From a virus: DNA of 64,000 nucleotides. Made by a program: the position numbers and the translations under genes. Positions 1 through 9,474 of this stretch are shown here, one piece after another (position 1 is the stretch's first letter; every line of letters begins with the position of its first letter). The stretch spans positions 1 through 64,000 of IMG/VR virus record IMGVR_UViG_3300025137_000017, one strand, 5' to 3'. The notes under the pieces are model-generated. The model was not told where the DNA came from. It ran no database searches and worked only from the letters and a program-made list of their open reading frames with translations.

Positions 1-26
1 CCTGCGGTTACACCCCATCTAATCAT
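1..26 (-). CDS. 5' end of a gene running off the window, possibly a carbamoyltransferase (NodU/CmcH-like)
   Basis: ATG at 26 overlaps the stop of the upstream gene and reads MIRWGVTA(G), which resembles the 'MxxWGIxAxxHD' start of phage carbamoyltransferases. Only 8 codons are visible. Confidence 0.35.
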
Positions 27-525
27 ATCTTAAATCCTCAAATGCAAAATCATGTATTGCAATTCTAAATAATAGTCTATCTTTTTCAGGTGAACATACC
101 TGATGTTCAGCTTGTGTATTAAGTATTAACATCTTATTATACACAATATCTTCACATGAGTCAACCTTTAATACACCTGTATTTTCTGCTAAAGGATACA
201 GCATAGCTATTTTTGACTTGTGATCTACGTGTGGTGGCAAACTCCCGCCCGGCTTTGTTAGGAAGAAGTCACAACGAAAGTCCTGAGTTTTTATTCCCCA
301 ACGTTTAAATGTTTTAATTAAAAACTTTTTAAGTGACATATCATAATCGCTTATGTGCTTAACATATTGTTCCACAGGCATAGCATCAGTCATTGCGTCT
401 GTATATTCTTTATGATCACCATACAGTTCATTAATGTTTTCCCAATCCATTTGATCCATATAATGAGAAAAGAAATCTACATCGGGTACTACATCAGTTA
501 ATATATAATTAGTTGTTACTTCCAT
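19..525 (-). CDS. 2OG-Fe(II) oxygenase / Asp-Asn beta-hydroxylase-like protein
   Basis: HxD motif (PPHVDH), distal His (QAEHQV) and C-terminal Arg strand (DRLLFRI), typical of the DSBH oxygenase fold. Confidence 0.7.
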   Translation of the reverse strand: MEVTTNYILTDVVPDVDFFSHYMDQMDWENINELYGDHKEYTDAMTDAMPVEQYVKHISDYDMSLKKFLIKTFKRWGIKTQDFRCDFFLTKPGGSLPPHVDHKSKIAMLYPLAENTGVLKVDSCEDIVYNKMLILNTQAEHQVCSPEKDRLLFRIAIHDFAFEDLRYD

Positions 526-1111
526 TTTTTAATCCATGCCAGAATGGCGTTGTGTCGTGTTCTGTACTTAATCCAATGCTCTGCCAACATTCTGAATTGT
601 CTGGGTCAGGAGCACATAGATAAGGTCCACGTCTATATTCCCAGGCATTTATGCTTCTATCACTTAGTTCTGTAATAAACATTTCAAACTGTCTGGGAGC
701 TCTTACTTCTCTACTTATAAATTTGTATTTAAATCCCATGCTGTCACTAAATCCTATCTGTTGATCAATAGTGGCATGAGTTGCGGGTTGTAATAGTTTT
801 GTGCTTATCTGTGTTCTGTTTGCTGGTGCAATATAAAATCTATTTAATAGTCTAATACTCAGTTCTGGATAGAAGTCTCTCGCCCAGCCTGTTGAATAGC
901 CTGTAATTTTACCATCCTTCTTCCAAGTGGTAATAAATGAATACTTTGCCCAGTCCATATTGTCATAGTTTTTGCTTAGTCTATGTGCATCTTCAACTAC
1001 AAACTCTGTTAGTTCTTCAAGTAGAGCTGGTTGTTGATCACTAAAGAACGTACATACTCTGTCTGCTCTAGTATCGCCTATTATTTCTCTATCTATCATA
1101 TTTTTAGGCAC
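509..1111 (-). CDS. hypothetical protein, possibly GNAT-like
   Basis: 200-aa ORF overlapping both neighbours; 'GKITGYS...RLLNRFYIAPANR' resembles GNAT beta4/motif A. Confidence 0.45.
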   Translation of the reverse strand: MPKNMIDREIIGDTRADRVCTFFSDQQPALLEELTEFVVEDAHRLSKNYDNMDWAKYSFITTWKKDGKITGYSTGWARDFYPELSIRLLNRFYIAPANRTQISTKLLQPATHATIDQQIGFSDSMGFKYKFISREVRAPRQFEMFITELSDRSINAWEYRRGPYLCAPDPDNSECWQSIGLSTEHDTTPFWHGLKNGSNN

Positions 1112-1752
1112 CTCTGTACGCCTAATGCTCCGTCAAAGTTCTCATTGATCTTTAGTACTTCAGCATTTAATTGTTTTGCTATATAGTCATCATCATAAAA
1201 CTGTAATACATATTCAGTATTGGGTGGATAACTGTCAACACCCATGTCTGTTTTTGAACAAGCAACAAATGTTCTGTTTCTATACATTAACATGTCTGCT
1301 AATTCTTCTGGGTTTGCAAAGTATTCCGGCCTATTGTTAAATATTTTAATTAGGCTGTCTCTGTCACTTGTTGACATAAAGGTTGCTAAAACTGTTGTTG
1401 CATGTTGCTTTAATTTTTTAATGGTTGTCTTAAATTCTTTTATACTTGTATGTGTAAACACACTATAAGCAAAGGCATAATCATATTCACCAAGCTCTGG
1501 CCAGTTCTCTTTAACAGCTTCATTTCTATATTGGTAATTAAACTTGTCCAGTAGTAGCCATGTATGTTGTGGATACTGTTTCTTATTTGCTTCTATTACT
1601 CGCTGTATGATATCTAGTCCAGTATATTCTCCAGCAAAGGGTTCGTAACGTAGAAAGTTTGCATGGTTACAACCATAATCCAGGATTCGAAGACCTGTTA
1701 AATCATCTGTATATGCTTCAAAGTAATCTCTTACTGGATATTCAATGTACAA
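1096..1752 (-). CDS. class I SAM-dependent methyltransferase
   Basis: motif I ILDYGCN, YTGLDI, and YDYAFAYSVFTH. Confidence 0.85.
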   Translation of the reverse strand: MYIEYPVRDYFEAYTDDLTGLRILDYGCNHANFLRYEPFAGEYTGLDIIQRVIEANKKQYPQHTWLLLDKFNYQYRNEAVKENWPELGEYDYAFAYSVFTHTSIKEFKTTIKKLKQHATTVLATFMSTSDRDSLIKIFNNRPEYFANPEELADMLMYRNRTFVACSKTDMGVDSYPPNTEYVLQFYDDDYIAKQLNAEVLKINENFDGALGVQRCLKI

Positions 1753-2452
1753 TATCTTGTTGTCCGTTTAAACTAATGATTAAATGTATTCTACCTTCAG
1801 TACCGTTATTCTCTGCCCAATGTCTCATACCAGTATTTAAAAACCAGCATGTGCCGTCAGCAGGAAAATGCCTACGGATTATGTTGCCTTCATAATCATA
1901 TGCACATAGATAACTATCAGGGTTTGTTATGATTGGTATGTGTACACGGATACTATAGGTTGTATTATAATCTATATGTGGTTTGATCTCATATTGGGGA
2001 GCCAGAAATGCGAAGCGTGTTCTAGTAATGGGTGCTTTAAAACTGTCCAGTATTGTATTCCAATAACCCGTACATATGTCTTTACGTTTGGTATAGTTGC
2101 GTTCATCCAGTATGGGATTATAATTTTTACTTGACTTTATTGCTGAAGTCTTATATGTTGCCATACTTGTGCTTGTGGGTTTTACATCACTAGCATCACC
2201 ATTATATTCAGTTAGACTTAATTGTCTATAGAAGTCACTAGCACCTTTGCCCTGTTCATCTTTATGAATAAACTTATTTAAATGAAACTCTTTCTCTTTA
2301 CCTAACTGTAGATAGCTGGCATCTGGGTTATTATAATTTAAATCCTGATAGGTAGTTGTATCCTGAAACTGTTCAAATGCAGAAAGTATTTTATCCATGT
2401 CGAACTTATACGGCAGTTGCATGTATGCAGGTAACTGTTTTCTGTCTAACAT
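1742..2452 (-). CDS. aspartyl/asparaginyl beta-hydroxylase family 2OG-Fe(II) oxygenase
   Basis: IKPHID, RVHIPIITNP, LNTGMRHWAEN and RIHLII match the family pattern. Confidence 0.85.
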   Translation of the reverse strand: MLDRKQLPAYMQLPYKFDMDKILSAFEQFQDTTTYQDLNYNNPDASYLQLGKEKEFHLNKFIHKDEQGKGASDFYRQLSLTEYNGDASDVKPTSTSMATYKTSAIKSSKNYNPILDERNYTKRKDICTGYWNTILDSFKAPITRTRFAFLAPQYEIKPHIDYNTTYSIRVHIPIITNPDSYLCAYDYEGNIIRRHFPADGTCWFLNTGMRHWAENNGTEGRIHLIISLNGQQDIVH

Positions 2453-2454
2453 AT

Positions 2455-3102
2455 CTAATCCTTGAGTTTAGTAACTAGGTTGTTATTAGCAAGGGTTTCC
2501 AATACAAATCCAGTTAGATCCCACTTATGAAAGCGGAAGTTTTTTCCATTATGATGTTCGTCATGCCAACCTTCGCCGGCACTCAGTAAGTTAACAAGTG
2601 GAAAGTTACGGCTTACACCGTTCTTGTGACATACTGCGTTAATTAATCCAAAGCCTATTGGTGCAAGTATTGCCGGCATTAGTACCCATGCTACAAATAC
2701 GTTTACACTTATTATAGCACTAACGATAGCACTTGTCAACCATATTTTTCCCCAATGGTTATGGAAAAATACCATACGAGGATTTTTAAATAAATCTTTT
2801 GAATACTTGGGTGGAAAACTTTTTACTGACCATAGACTTAAAAATACTGTCCAGAATCCTTTATACTTGGGTGAGTGAGGATCTAGATCACTATCGCTAT
2901 GGTGATGATGCATACGGTGTGCAGAAATCCAACCTATTGGGCTTCTACTTCCGGCTAGGACTGCAAAGTATAGGGTAATGATCTCAAAAAATGCGTTAGC
3001 ATTAAATGATTTATGAGCCCAGTATCTATGTAAGCCTGCACTGATGCCGACATGAGCGATAACTTGATACCACAAGAAACCGATCAATAAAGTTATTTCC
3101 AT
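2455..3102 (-). CDS. membrane fatty-acid desaturase (delta-9/DesC-like)
   Basis: three His boxes (HRYWAH, HRMHH, HDEHH), DPHSP motif and hydrophobic segments. Confidence 0.9.
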   Translation of the reverse strand: MEITLLIGFLWYQVIAHVGISAGLHRYWAHKSFNANAFFEIITLYFAVLAGSRSPIGWISAHRMHHHHSDSDLDPHSPKYKGFWTVFLSLWSVKSFPPKYSKDLFKNPRMVFFHNHWGKIWLTSAIVSAIISVNVFVAWVLMPAILAPIGFGLINAVCHKNGVSRNFPLVNLLSAGEGWHDEHHNGKNFRFHKWDLTGFVLETLANNNLVTKLKD

Positions 3103-3114
3103 TGTCTATCCTTT

Positions 3115-3378
3115 TTAGTCTGTTACGCCATCATGATCACTACCGATCCATGTGACTGTTACGCCAGCATGAGCAGTGAAATGAGCGTCTTTTGCCGCCT
3201 CATTTTCATAAACTATAACACGAGTTACTGATGCACCGTCGTCTGCCAGAGTTAATGAGCCAGTTGTTACTGTATCATAATTAGTTCCGCATGGTCCATG
3301 TTCTGCAATCCATTCGTTTACAGTCGTATATGTGTTAGAGTTTTTGCTTGTTAATTTACTTGTAAATGTATAAGCCAT
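3115..3378 (-). CDS. small Thr-rich hypothetical protein (87 aa)
   Basis: strong RBS (AAGGAGAG) and a late promoter directly upstream. Confidence 0.75.
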   Translation of the reverse strand: MAYTFTSKLTSKNSNTYTTVNEWIAEHGPCGTNYDTVTTGSLTLADDGASVTRVIVYENEAAKDAHFTAHAGVTVTWIGSDHDGVTD

Positions 3379-3397
3379 AGTTATCTCTCCTTTATTA

Positions 3398-3405
3398 TAT
3401 TTATG
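3398..3405 (-). promoter_or_regulatory. T4-like late promoter (CATAAATA)
   Basis: variant of the TATAAATA gp55 consensus in the intergenic gap upstream of the RBS. Confidence 0.65.
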
Positions 3406-4449
3406 CTATCTAAAGTATCTCTCTAATTCTTCTGAATTTCTTTTAACATTATATGCTTCTGCTGTTGGAAATGGGTTTGAGAAGTCAAAGTCGTTAATTA
3501 GTATTCTATTTGTTGTGTTAATACCTGAAATTAGTCTATAATCTGTAAATCCCAAGTCCAGCAATACTGCGTTTGTTTCAACATCATATGCACTTGGACG
3601 GGCTGTAGTAAAGATAAACTGTGCTCCTAGTGCCTGTTGTTCAAGCAGAGTTGCTACATTTGAATGCAATATTTCTGGAGGTGTACCGAATTTATTCTTA
3701 CCATAGCGACTCTGATTACGAATCAATACTCCGTCAATATCACAGAACAATACTGGATGTCGTCTGTTAAACATAATCCAATCTGATATTGTGCCTACAT
3801 CTTCAAAGTCTTTTGTGTGTACTACTTCAAATATTTCACCATCAGCTATCATTGAATCAATAACGTTGCTTAAATATATTTCCTGAGTGGGCTTTGCTAA
3901 CAGTTTATCGGCAGTTCTTAGGAAAGCATCACAATCTCTAAATTGATATCCTCCCACACTAAACAGATTACTTACTACTTGTTTCTCAATCACACTTTGT
4001 ATAATGCCATTTGTATCTGCTTTAACATAACTCTTACCTGCAACATTATATAGATTTGGATAGTCGTTTAGCCTACCAACTGCTACGCCATTACATTCTG
4101 TTATGGGTTTTTCAAACTTAATAAACGTATCACAGTCTTTAATATACACAGGTCCTGTAATGTTTAATTGTTGAATAGCCTGTTGCGTTGTTTGTGTAGG
4201 ACCATTTGTTGCTTGTTCTAATATTAAAACATTTACATTGGGTAGAGCTTCTGCTAGAAAAACATCTGCTTGATATTCTGTACAATGTTCACGTAGAATT
4301 ACAACGGTGATTTGTTTTGGATCAACACTATCAAAACATTCAATACAATGTTCAATCATTAGTCTATGATCATAAGCGGTTAGTAAATATTTGGGTCTCG
4401 TATTGGGGAATCTACTGCTTTGCCCAGCTGCCAATATAATAATATTCAT
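3406..4449 (-). CDS. sugar-phosphate nucleotidyltransferase fused to a HAD-family phosphatase
   Basis: IILAAGQSSRF..RPKYLL NTP-transferase motif; C-terminal FCDIDGVL HAD motif I and FTTAR; start set to ATG 4449 (ATGA overlap). Confidence 0.85.
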   Translation of the reverse strand: MNIIILAAGQSSRFPNTRPKYLLTAYDHRLMIEHCIECFDSVDPKQITVVILREHCTEYQADVFLAEALPNVNVLILEQATNGPTQTTQQAIQQLNITGPVYIKDCDTFIKFEKPITECNGVAVGRLNDYPNLYNVAGKSYVKADTNGIIQSVIEKQVVSNLFSVGGYQFRDCDAFLRTADKLLAKPTQEIYLSNVIDSMIADGEIFEVVHTKDFEDVGTISDWIMFNRRHPVLFCDIDGVLIRNQSRYGKNKFGTPPEILHSNVATLLEQQALGAQFIFTTARPSAYDVETNAVLLDLGFTDYRLISGINTTNRILINDFDFSNPFPTAEAYNVKRNSEELERYFR

Positions 4450-5183
4450 TTGTTTCTCCATAGTATTTCCATTTGATTTGCTAACCACGAGCGATCTTGT
4501 TTAGTTGAATAGGGCCAAACTCTCAACAAACAAAGTATTGCCATGGCATTGTTATCATAATACTCACAATGTTCACTAAGTGATTGTTGTATGCTTAATA
4601 ATCTATTACTTAATAGTACATTGCTTTCTCGTAAAAACCAACCACAATCAATATCCTGTCTAAGTTTGCTTATGTCAAAATGTACATTATCCAAGTCAAT
4701 ATCAACAGCATCTATTAATACAAAGCGATTGTTATTATAATCATATAATATATTGTTACAAGTTAAATCACCGTGATATACAGTCTTGGGTAAGTGTCGG
4801 GGCAACTCGTCCATTAGGTTATCAATACTGGTTGGTAACCACTCTGCAGAACTTAGCCGCCTTTCATATACACTTGTATAATCTCCCACGCCTGTAGGTA
4901 AACGTACGAACTTATCGTAAACTGTTTTAATAAAACGAGTTAATTGTTTGTGTTCACCGTTAATTAAATAATGCTGTATATCTTGATTATGTATATACTC
5001 CATTGTTATAGTATCGTCCGTGTATTCCAGTATCTCTGGTTGATCAACTATACCAGTTAAACTGGTAATACGATTATAGTTGCGTTCAATACCTATGCCA
5101 CTCTTTTCCACAACAGTACCTAATTTATTTTTAACTAGGTTAACAGTTGCACCCGAGTGTCCTATAAATTGCTTGATAATCAT
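4446..5183 (-). CDS. APH/choline-kinase-like phosphotransferase
   Basis: GHSGA glycine loop, Brenner motif HGDLTCNNIL, LID and DISKLRQD. Confidence 0.8.
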   Translation of the reverse strand: MIIKQFIGHSGATVNLVKNKLGTVVEKSGIGIERNYNRITSLTGIVDQPEILEYTDDTITMEYIHNQDIQHYLINGEHKQLTRFIKTVYDKFVRLPTGVGDYTSVYERRLSSAEWLPTSIDNLMDELPRHLPKTVYHGDLTCNNILYDYNNNRFVLIDAVDIDLDNVHFDISKLRQDIDCGWFLRESNVLLSNRLLSIQQSLSEHCEYYDNNAMAILCLLRVWPYSTKQDRSWLANQMEILWRNK

Positions 5184-6055
5184 TATAGACCCGGATGATT
5201 ATCAACATAAAACTTAATATGTTTCTTTGCTGTAGTTGGATCCATTACATCTAGGGTTAGATCTGATTCCGGACGGACTGGTCCTACATCTAATCCTGAC
5301 AGTTGTTTCATTAGAGTATTGGTACGCTTCATTGCATTAAACAACATAACGTTTGGTCCTATAAATTGTTGTGATTCATTCATATCTGTATCGCTTCTAT
5401 AACTGTCTATTAGATACTGGCTTAGGTTTGCTGACATCATATCAATACTGTAACTGTCTCCACCGAACCAAAAGTCTCCAGTACCCCAGGAACCATCCTC
5501 TTCCCAGAACTTTGAAAACCAAGCCCAGTATGTTACTTCATTAATAATTCCGTATTCTTTTATTATCTTTTCAATGGGTGTAAATGGTATTGTTACTATA
5601 TCAAATCTTTGACATATGCATAAGTCATAACGTATGCCCGTTTCTAATTCATGCTGTTGTTTTAAATTAACTACTGATACAAGTCCCAATAGTAAAGGCT
5701 TACCAAAATTCCATTGAATTAAACTGTTGTTGTTTTTATGTTGAGGTTCATCCTCAACTAAAGTCATGCCCGAAAGTTTTGGATTATATATAGCCGTCAG
5801 CTGATTCAGTTCATCTGTGTTGATAACACCTGTTTGTTCCTGATATGTCTTTCCAATAAACTGTCCAACAGTATTGGTTTCTTTTGTCCAAAAGAAATAA
5901 TCTACATTTACTATACAGGGTTGTACTTTGCCATTAATATTAATGTTTATAGTTTTGCCGTCAACGTAGTCATATGCTGCCTTGACGGCTGGAGCACAAT
6001 ACAGTCCAGTTCTTATCTGTCCGAATAGACATACTGCAATGTTAATCTGTTTCAT
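5183..6055 (-). CDS. putative glycosyltransferase-like protein
   Basis: IAVCLFGQIR start and YDLCICQRFD motif, typical of phage glycan-cluster proteins; start set to ATG 6055 (ATGA overlap). Confidence 0.55.
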   Translation of the reverse strand: MKQINIAVCLFGQIRTGLYCAPAVKAAYDYVDGKTINININGKVQPCIVNVDYFFWTKETNTVGQFIGKTYQEQTGVINTDELNQLTAIYNPKLSGMTLVEDEPQHKNNNSLIQWNFGKPLLLGLVSVVNLKQQHELETGIRYDLCICQRFDIVTIPFTPIEKIIKEYGIINEVTYWAWFSKFWEEDGSWGTGDFWFGGDSYSIDMMSANLSQYLIDSYRSDTDMNESQQFIGPNVMLFNAMKRTNTLMKQLSGLDVGPVRPESDLTLDVMDPTTAKKHIKFYVDNHPGL

Positions 6056-6648
6056 GTGTTCAATTTCCTTAAACGTAATCCCAATAGACGTAGCCATCTC
6101 CACCATGTGCTTCTGGGTCCGGATAATTCATATAACATACCAATGGGTTGGTTCTGACGTTTCCATAATAAACTTATTTTATCAAAATTATGTGGGCGAG
6201 TAATAAAGAAATTAAATCCTATTTGTGCTTTTCTGTCGTCTTTTACTGCCAAGTAGGCTTTGTCGTCAATAGCATCCAATCCCATAAATGGATTTACACT
6301 AGGCAGACCTTTTAAACTATAGCCATTATAATATACAACACAATCAAATCGGTTGGGTGTTAGCAAATCAAGCCCAAGTCTTGAGTTACTTGCAACATTC
6401 ATTGCATATGTCATTTGCTTGAATGGTCTAAAACTGTCCGGTTCTGTTGGTTGTTCCCAAGTGTGTACTAGTGCATCGCCATCTACATTCCAAAATTGTT
6501 TAACATCTAAAGTATCTCTAGCATGATCACTTGCTGGTTTACCATCCAATAGATGTGTTAGATAATAGGTAACATCAGCTTCTTCACACCATTCAAGTAC
6601 TGGTACAATGCCTTCTGCTGATCCCTGATAAACAATATGTATGTGCAT
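6052..6648 (-). CDS. hypothetical protein, possibly a divergent paralog of the downstream gene
   Basis: tightly packed ORF; IHIVYQG and RFDCVV loosely echo the neighbour's motifs. Confidence 0.55.
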   Translation of the reverse strand: MHIHIVYQGSAEGIVPVLEWCEEADVTYYLTHLLDGKPASDHARDTLDVKQFWNVDGDALVHTWEQPTEPDSFRPFKQMTYAMNVASNSRLGLDLLTPNRFDCVVYYNGYSLKGLPSVNPFMGLDAIDDKAYLAVKDDRKAQIGFNFFITRPHNFDKISLLWKRQNQPIGMLYELSGPRSTWWRWLRLLGLRLRKLNT

Positions 6649-6649
6649 G

Positions 6650-7318
6650 TTAGCCTAGAGTTTTTGCAAGTGGAAAGATTTCTGCAATGACTTTACTACA
6701 AGCATGTGCAATTTCCATGTGTTCTTTTTGTGTACCATTAGCACCACGTAGTTCAATGTAGTGAACCCAACTACGAATACTACCCTGCATGTATAGGGTA
6801 GTCTTTGTTAGACCTTCCGGTAATACTTTACGAGCCTGTTCTTTAGCAATACCTTTTTTAATTGCCCAGTCATATTCTTTCTTGGCCCAATGTGCAATAC
6901 GCATTTGTGCATGTAGCCAATCCAGTTGTAGTTTATTATCTTCAACATCAATACTATTTTGTCTATTTTTGGGATCTTGCAAACGTGCTTCTGAAAATTC
7001 AAACATATCGCCTTGTTCTTCTGGATTAGCATAACGCTGACTAAACTCCTGGAAAGCAAAACTTCTGTGTCTAACAACTTGGTGTGCAATGTCACGAGTT
7101 GTCTTAATTTCAAGTGTAGCATTAACCATTTCAAGTGGTGACCAGTGTTGATGTTTAATTAGATATTTAATTAAACGTTCACTTGTCTCTGTATTAATTT
7201 GTGCGGCTGGGTTTGAAACTTTTGCACAAAAGGCTATAAGCTCTTGTAGATCTGTTAAACCCTCTGCATTAAAATCGTCTGTTGCTTTTGAATACGCTAC
7301 TAATCTTACTTGTGTCAT
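6650..7318 (-). CDS. thyX: FAD-dependent thymidylate synthase
   Basis: ThyX motif RHRSFAFQEFSQRY, plus HWSPLE, KEQARKVLP and TQKEH. Confidence 0.97.
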   Translation of the reverse strand: MTQVRLVAYSKATDDFNAEGLTDLQELIAFCAKVSNPAAQINTETSERLIKYLIKHQHWSPLEMVNATLEIKTTRDIAHQVVRHRSFAFQEFSQRYANPEEQGDMFEFSEARLQDPKNRQNSIDVEDNKLQLDWLHAQMRIAHWAKKEYDWAIKKGIAKEQARKVLPEGLTKTTLYMQGSIRSWVHYIELRGANGTQKEHMEIAHACSKVIAEIFPLAKTLG

Positions 7319-7323
7319 TTATT

Positions 7324-7509
7324 TTATCTCCTAAACATTTTCTTAGCCATTGCTAAAGGGTTCTTTAATCCTTCGTATGTCTCATTTATAAAGTCAACAT
7401 GTTGACCAAACTTGGATAATAATTCTTGTTGTTGAATTTCTATTTTATCTAAACGTAGTTGAATTATTTCTAACTTATCTAGTATTGTTGTTAGTTCTTT
7501 ATCTTCCAT
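7324..7509 (-). CDS. small coiled-coil hypothetical protein
   Basis: 61-aa ORF coupled to the upstream stop (TAATG). Confidence 0.65.
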   Translation of the reverse strand: MEDKELTTILDKLEIIQLRLDKIEIQQQELLSKFGQHVDFINETYEGLKNPLAMAKKMFRR

Positions 7510-8495
7510 TATTTTTCTAATTTATCCTCTACTTGATCTTCTCTGATTTGTGCACCTAATCGGCTTGGGTTAATATATACAGTCTTAAAGAATTCACTTC
7601 CTTCTATACCTATATCAGCAATTTCTAAATCTAGTTTTCTACGAATATCAGTACCTAGTTCTAGTGTTGCTTGTTTAAGTAATTTACTATCCCAACGTTG
7701 TCCAGTCCTAGGACATAATTGATCTTCTGTTCCTATAAATTTAGGAGCAATATCTGTTTCGAACATTTTAGTTAGGTAACGGAAGTCTCTGACATTACGC
7801 CAATCCCATTCGTTACGAGTAATGTTTGTCATATGGCAACCCAGTCTAGCACCGTATATTGCCCACAGTCCATTATCAGTATCTTCTCCGACAGTCATCC
7901 ATGTTAACAAACGTTGATAATTCTTTTTGTGTACGTTCTTAATAGCTTCCTGTGGAACAACATCACCATCGATAAGTCCCATCTTAACACCTTCCCTAAA
8001 GCCTGCACGCCAGGCCTGTAGTGGTGATCCGTTATTCATAACATCACAATATATATTATTCATTTGTACATAGTTGATGTTCCAACAAAAATCCACTTGG
8101 GCTCTCTTGTCGCCTTCCGGTGCGTTCTCATGTGTCTTCATTCCATATACTACACGTTTAGACCAACATTTAATTCCACCATTGCCGTATACTAATCCGT
8201 TAATAATATTTTTACCAGCCCAACTAATAACGTCCATCTCTCCAATGGCATCCATGTCTACATCTACACTAAAGAATGCAGGATCAACAATATTATCTGC
8301 GTCAATAGTAATAAACCGATCTGTTTCTGCTAGATCAGCCGCCGCCTTATGTGCGGCATCACTACCAAATACTCCATGACTACGTTTAGCCCATGGACAT
8401 TTGTCCAATAGGTCTGCATAATTTTCATCTGCGTTTGGTTCATCAAAACTAATAAAAACAATATCAAATTCATTGATACTAATATTGTTGGGCAT
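7509..8495 (-). CDS. GT-A fold glycosyltransferase-like protein
   Basis: FISFDE start, AHKAAA, TIDADN DxD motif, YGNGGIK and AWRAGFREGVK. Confidence 0.7.
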   Translation of the reverse strand: MPNNISINEFDIVFISFDEPNADENYADLLDKCPWAKRSHGVFGSDAAHKAAADLAETDRFITIDADNIVDPAFFSVDVDMDAIGEMDVISWAGKNIINGLVYGNGGIKCWSKRVVYGMKTHENAPEGDKRAQVDFCWNINYVQMNNIYCDVMNNGSPLQAWRAGFREGVKMGLIDGDVVPQEAIKNVHKKNYQRLLTWMTVGEDTDNGLWAIYGARLGCHMTNITRNEWDWRNVRDFRYLTKMFETDIAPKFIGTEDQLCPRTGQRWDSKLLKQATLELGTDIRRKLDLEIADIGIEGSEFFKTVYINPSRLGAQIREDQVEDKLEK

Positions 8496-9474
8496 CTGTC
8501 TCTCCTACATAATTTACTGATAATGTATTACTCTTGTATACGATTAGTGGCTTTTCAGGCCATTTAAATTTAGTTTCTATATCTATATCTATAACTTCTC
8601 TTAGTTTGTCTCCCGGCACACCAATGGCACCAATAGGTTTGTCTATATGTCCATCACAAACTAAGAACATAATTTTATTAACACTTGATGTGGCGTAGCT
8701 AGTATCTTTTGTTGTTCTATTTAAAATCTTTACGCCACCTTCTGATCTTACTATAGTTAAATGTGGTTCCACATCATTAAATGATACTGTTTGTAATAAG
8801 CGATCAGTAACAAAATGCCTGTTGGGATTGTGACTAACATTATAATATTCAATACCGTAACTGGTAAACATTGGCCTTGTAAAAAAACTAACGTTATCCC
8901 AATCAATATCTTTTTCAATAGTAAACCTAATTTGCCGTTCTTTAATCAATGTTATGGGATCTATCTCTATAACATGCAATAATCTGTCCGGATTATGTTT
9001 GGCACATATGTAAAAATTAACTAGTGAACTATCACTACTACTTATATTACTAATTTCTCCAATATTTAGACTGCGTTGAATATGTAGGATATTTGCTTTT
9101 ATTTCTACTGTGTTTGTATCTTTGAATACGTTAATATATATGTCGTTGTTATTGGGATTTTTACCTGTAACTTTTAATATACTAATACCACGATCTTGAA
9201 TATGTAGTGTAGTAGTTTCAGTAGCGGGTTCCCATTCTTCTCGTACAACATCATAAACCATTCGTACCCATTTTTTAGGAAGTGTACGTTTAATAATTTG
9301 TCCTATTAGATCATTACCTGTGGACGTGATACCAATATCTTCCTGATACTCATCGGGCTTTGGAATTTTTCTTGCAGATACTTTTAAAATAATACCATTG
9401 ATCTTATTAAACTTGACCCACCACTTGGAGTCGTGTTTAGTTAGATATTCTAAATGTTGTTCGCTGTGCATCAA
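8479..9474 (-). CDS. hypothetical protein
   Basis: 331-aa ORF overlapping both neighbours; no motif recognised. Confidence 0.7.
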   Translation of the reverse strand: MMHSEQHLEYLTKHDSKWWVKFNKINGIILKVSARKIPKPDEYQEDIGITSTGNDLIGQIIKRTLPKKWVRMVYDVVREEWEPATETTTLHIQDRGISILKVTGKNPNNNDIYINVFKDTNTVEIKANILHIQRSLNIGEISNISSSDSSLVNFYICAKHNPDRLLHVIEIDPITLIKERQIRFTIEKDIDWDNVSFFTRPMFTSYGIEYYNVSHNPNRHFVTDRLLQTVSFNDVEPHLTIVRSEGGVKILNRTTKDTSYATSSVNKIMFLVCDGHIDKPIGAIGVPGDKLREVIDIDIETKFKWPEKPLIVYKSNTLSVNYVGETDAQQY

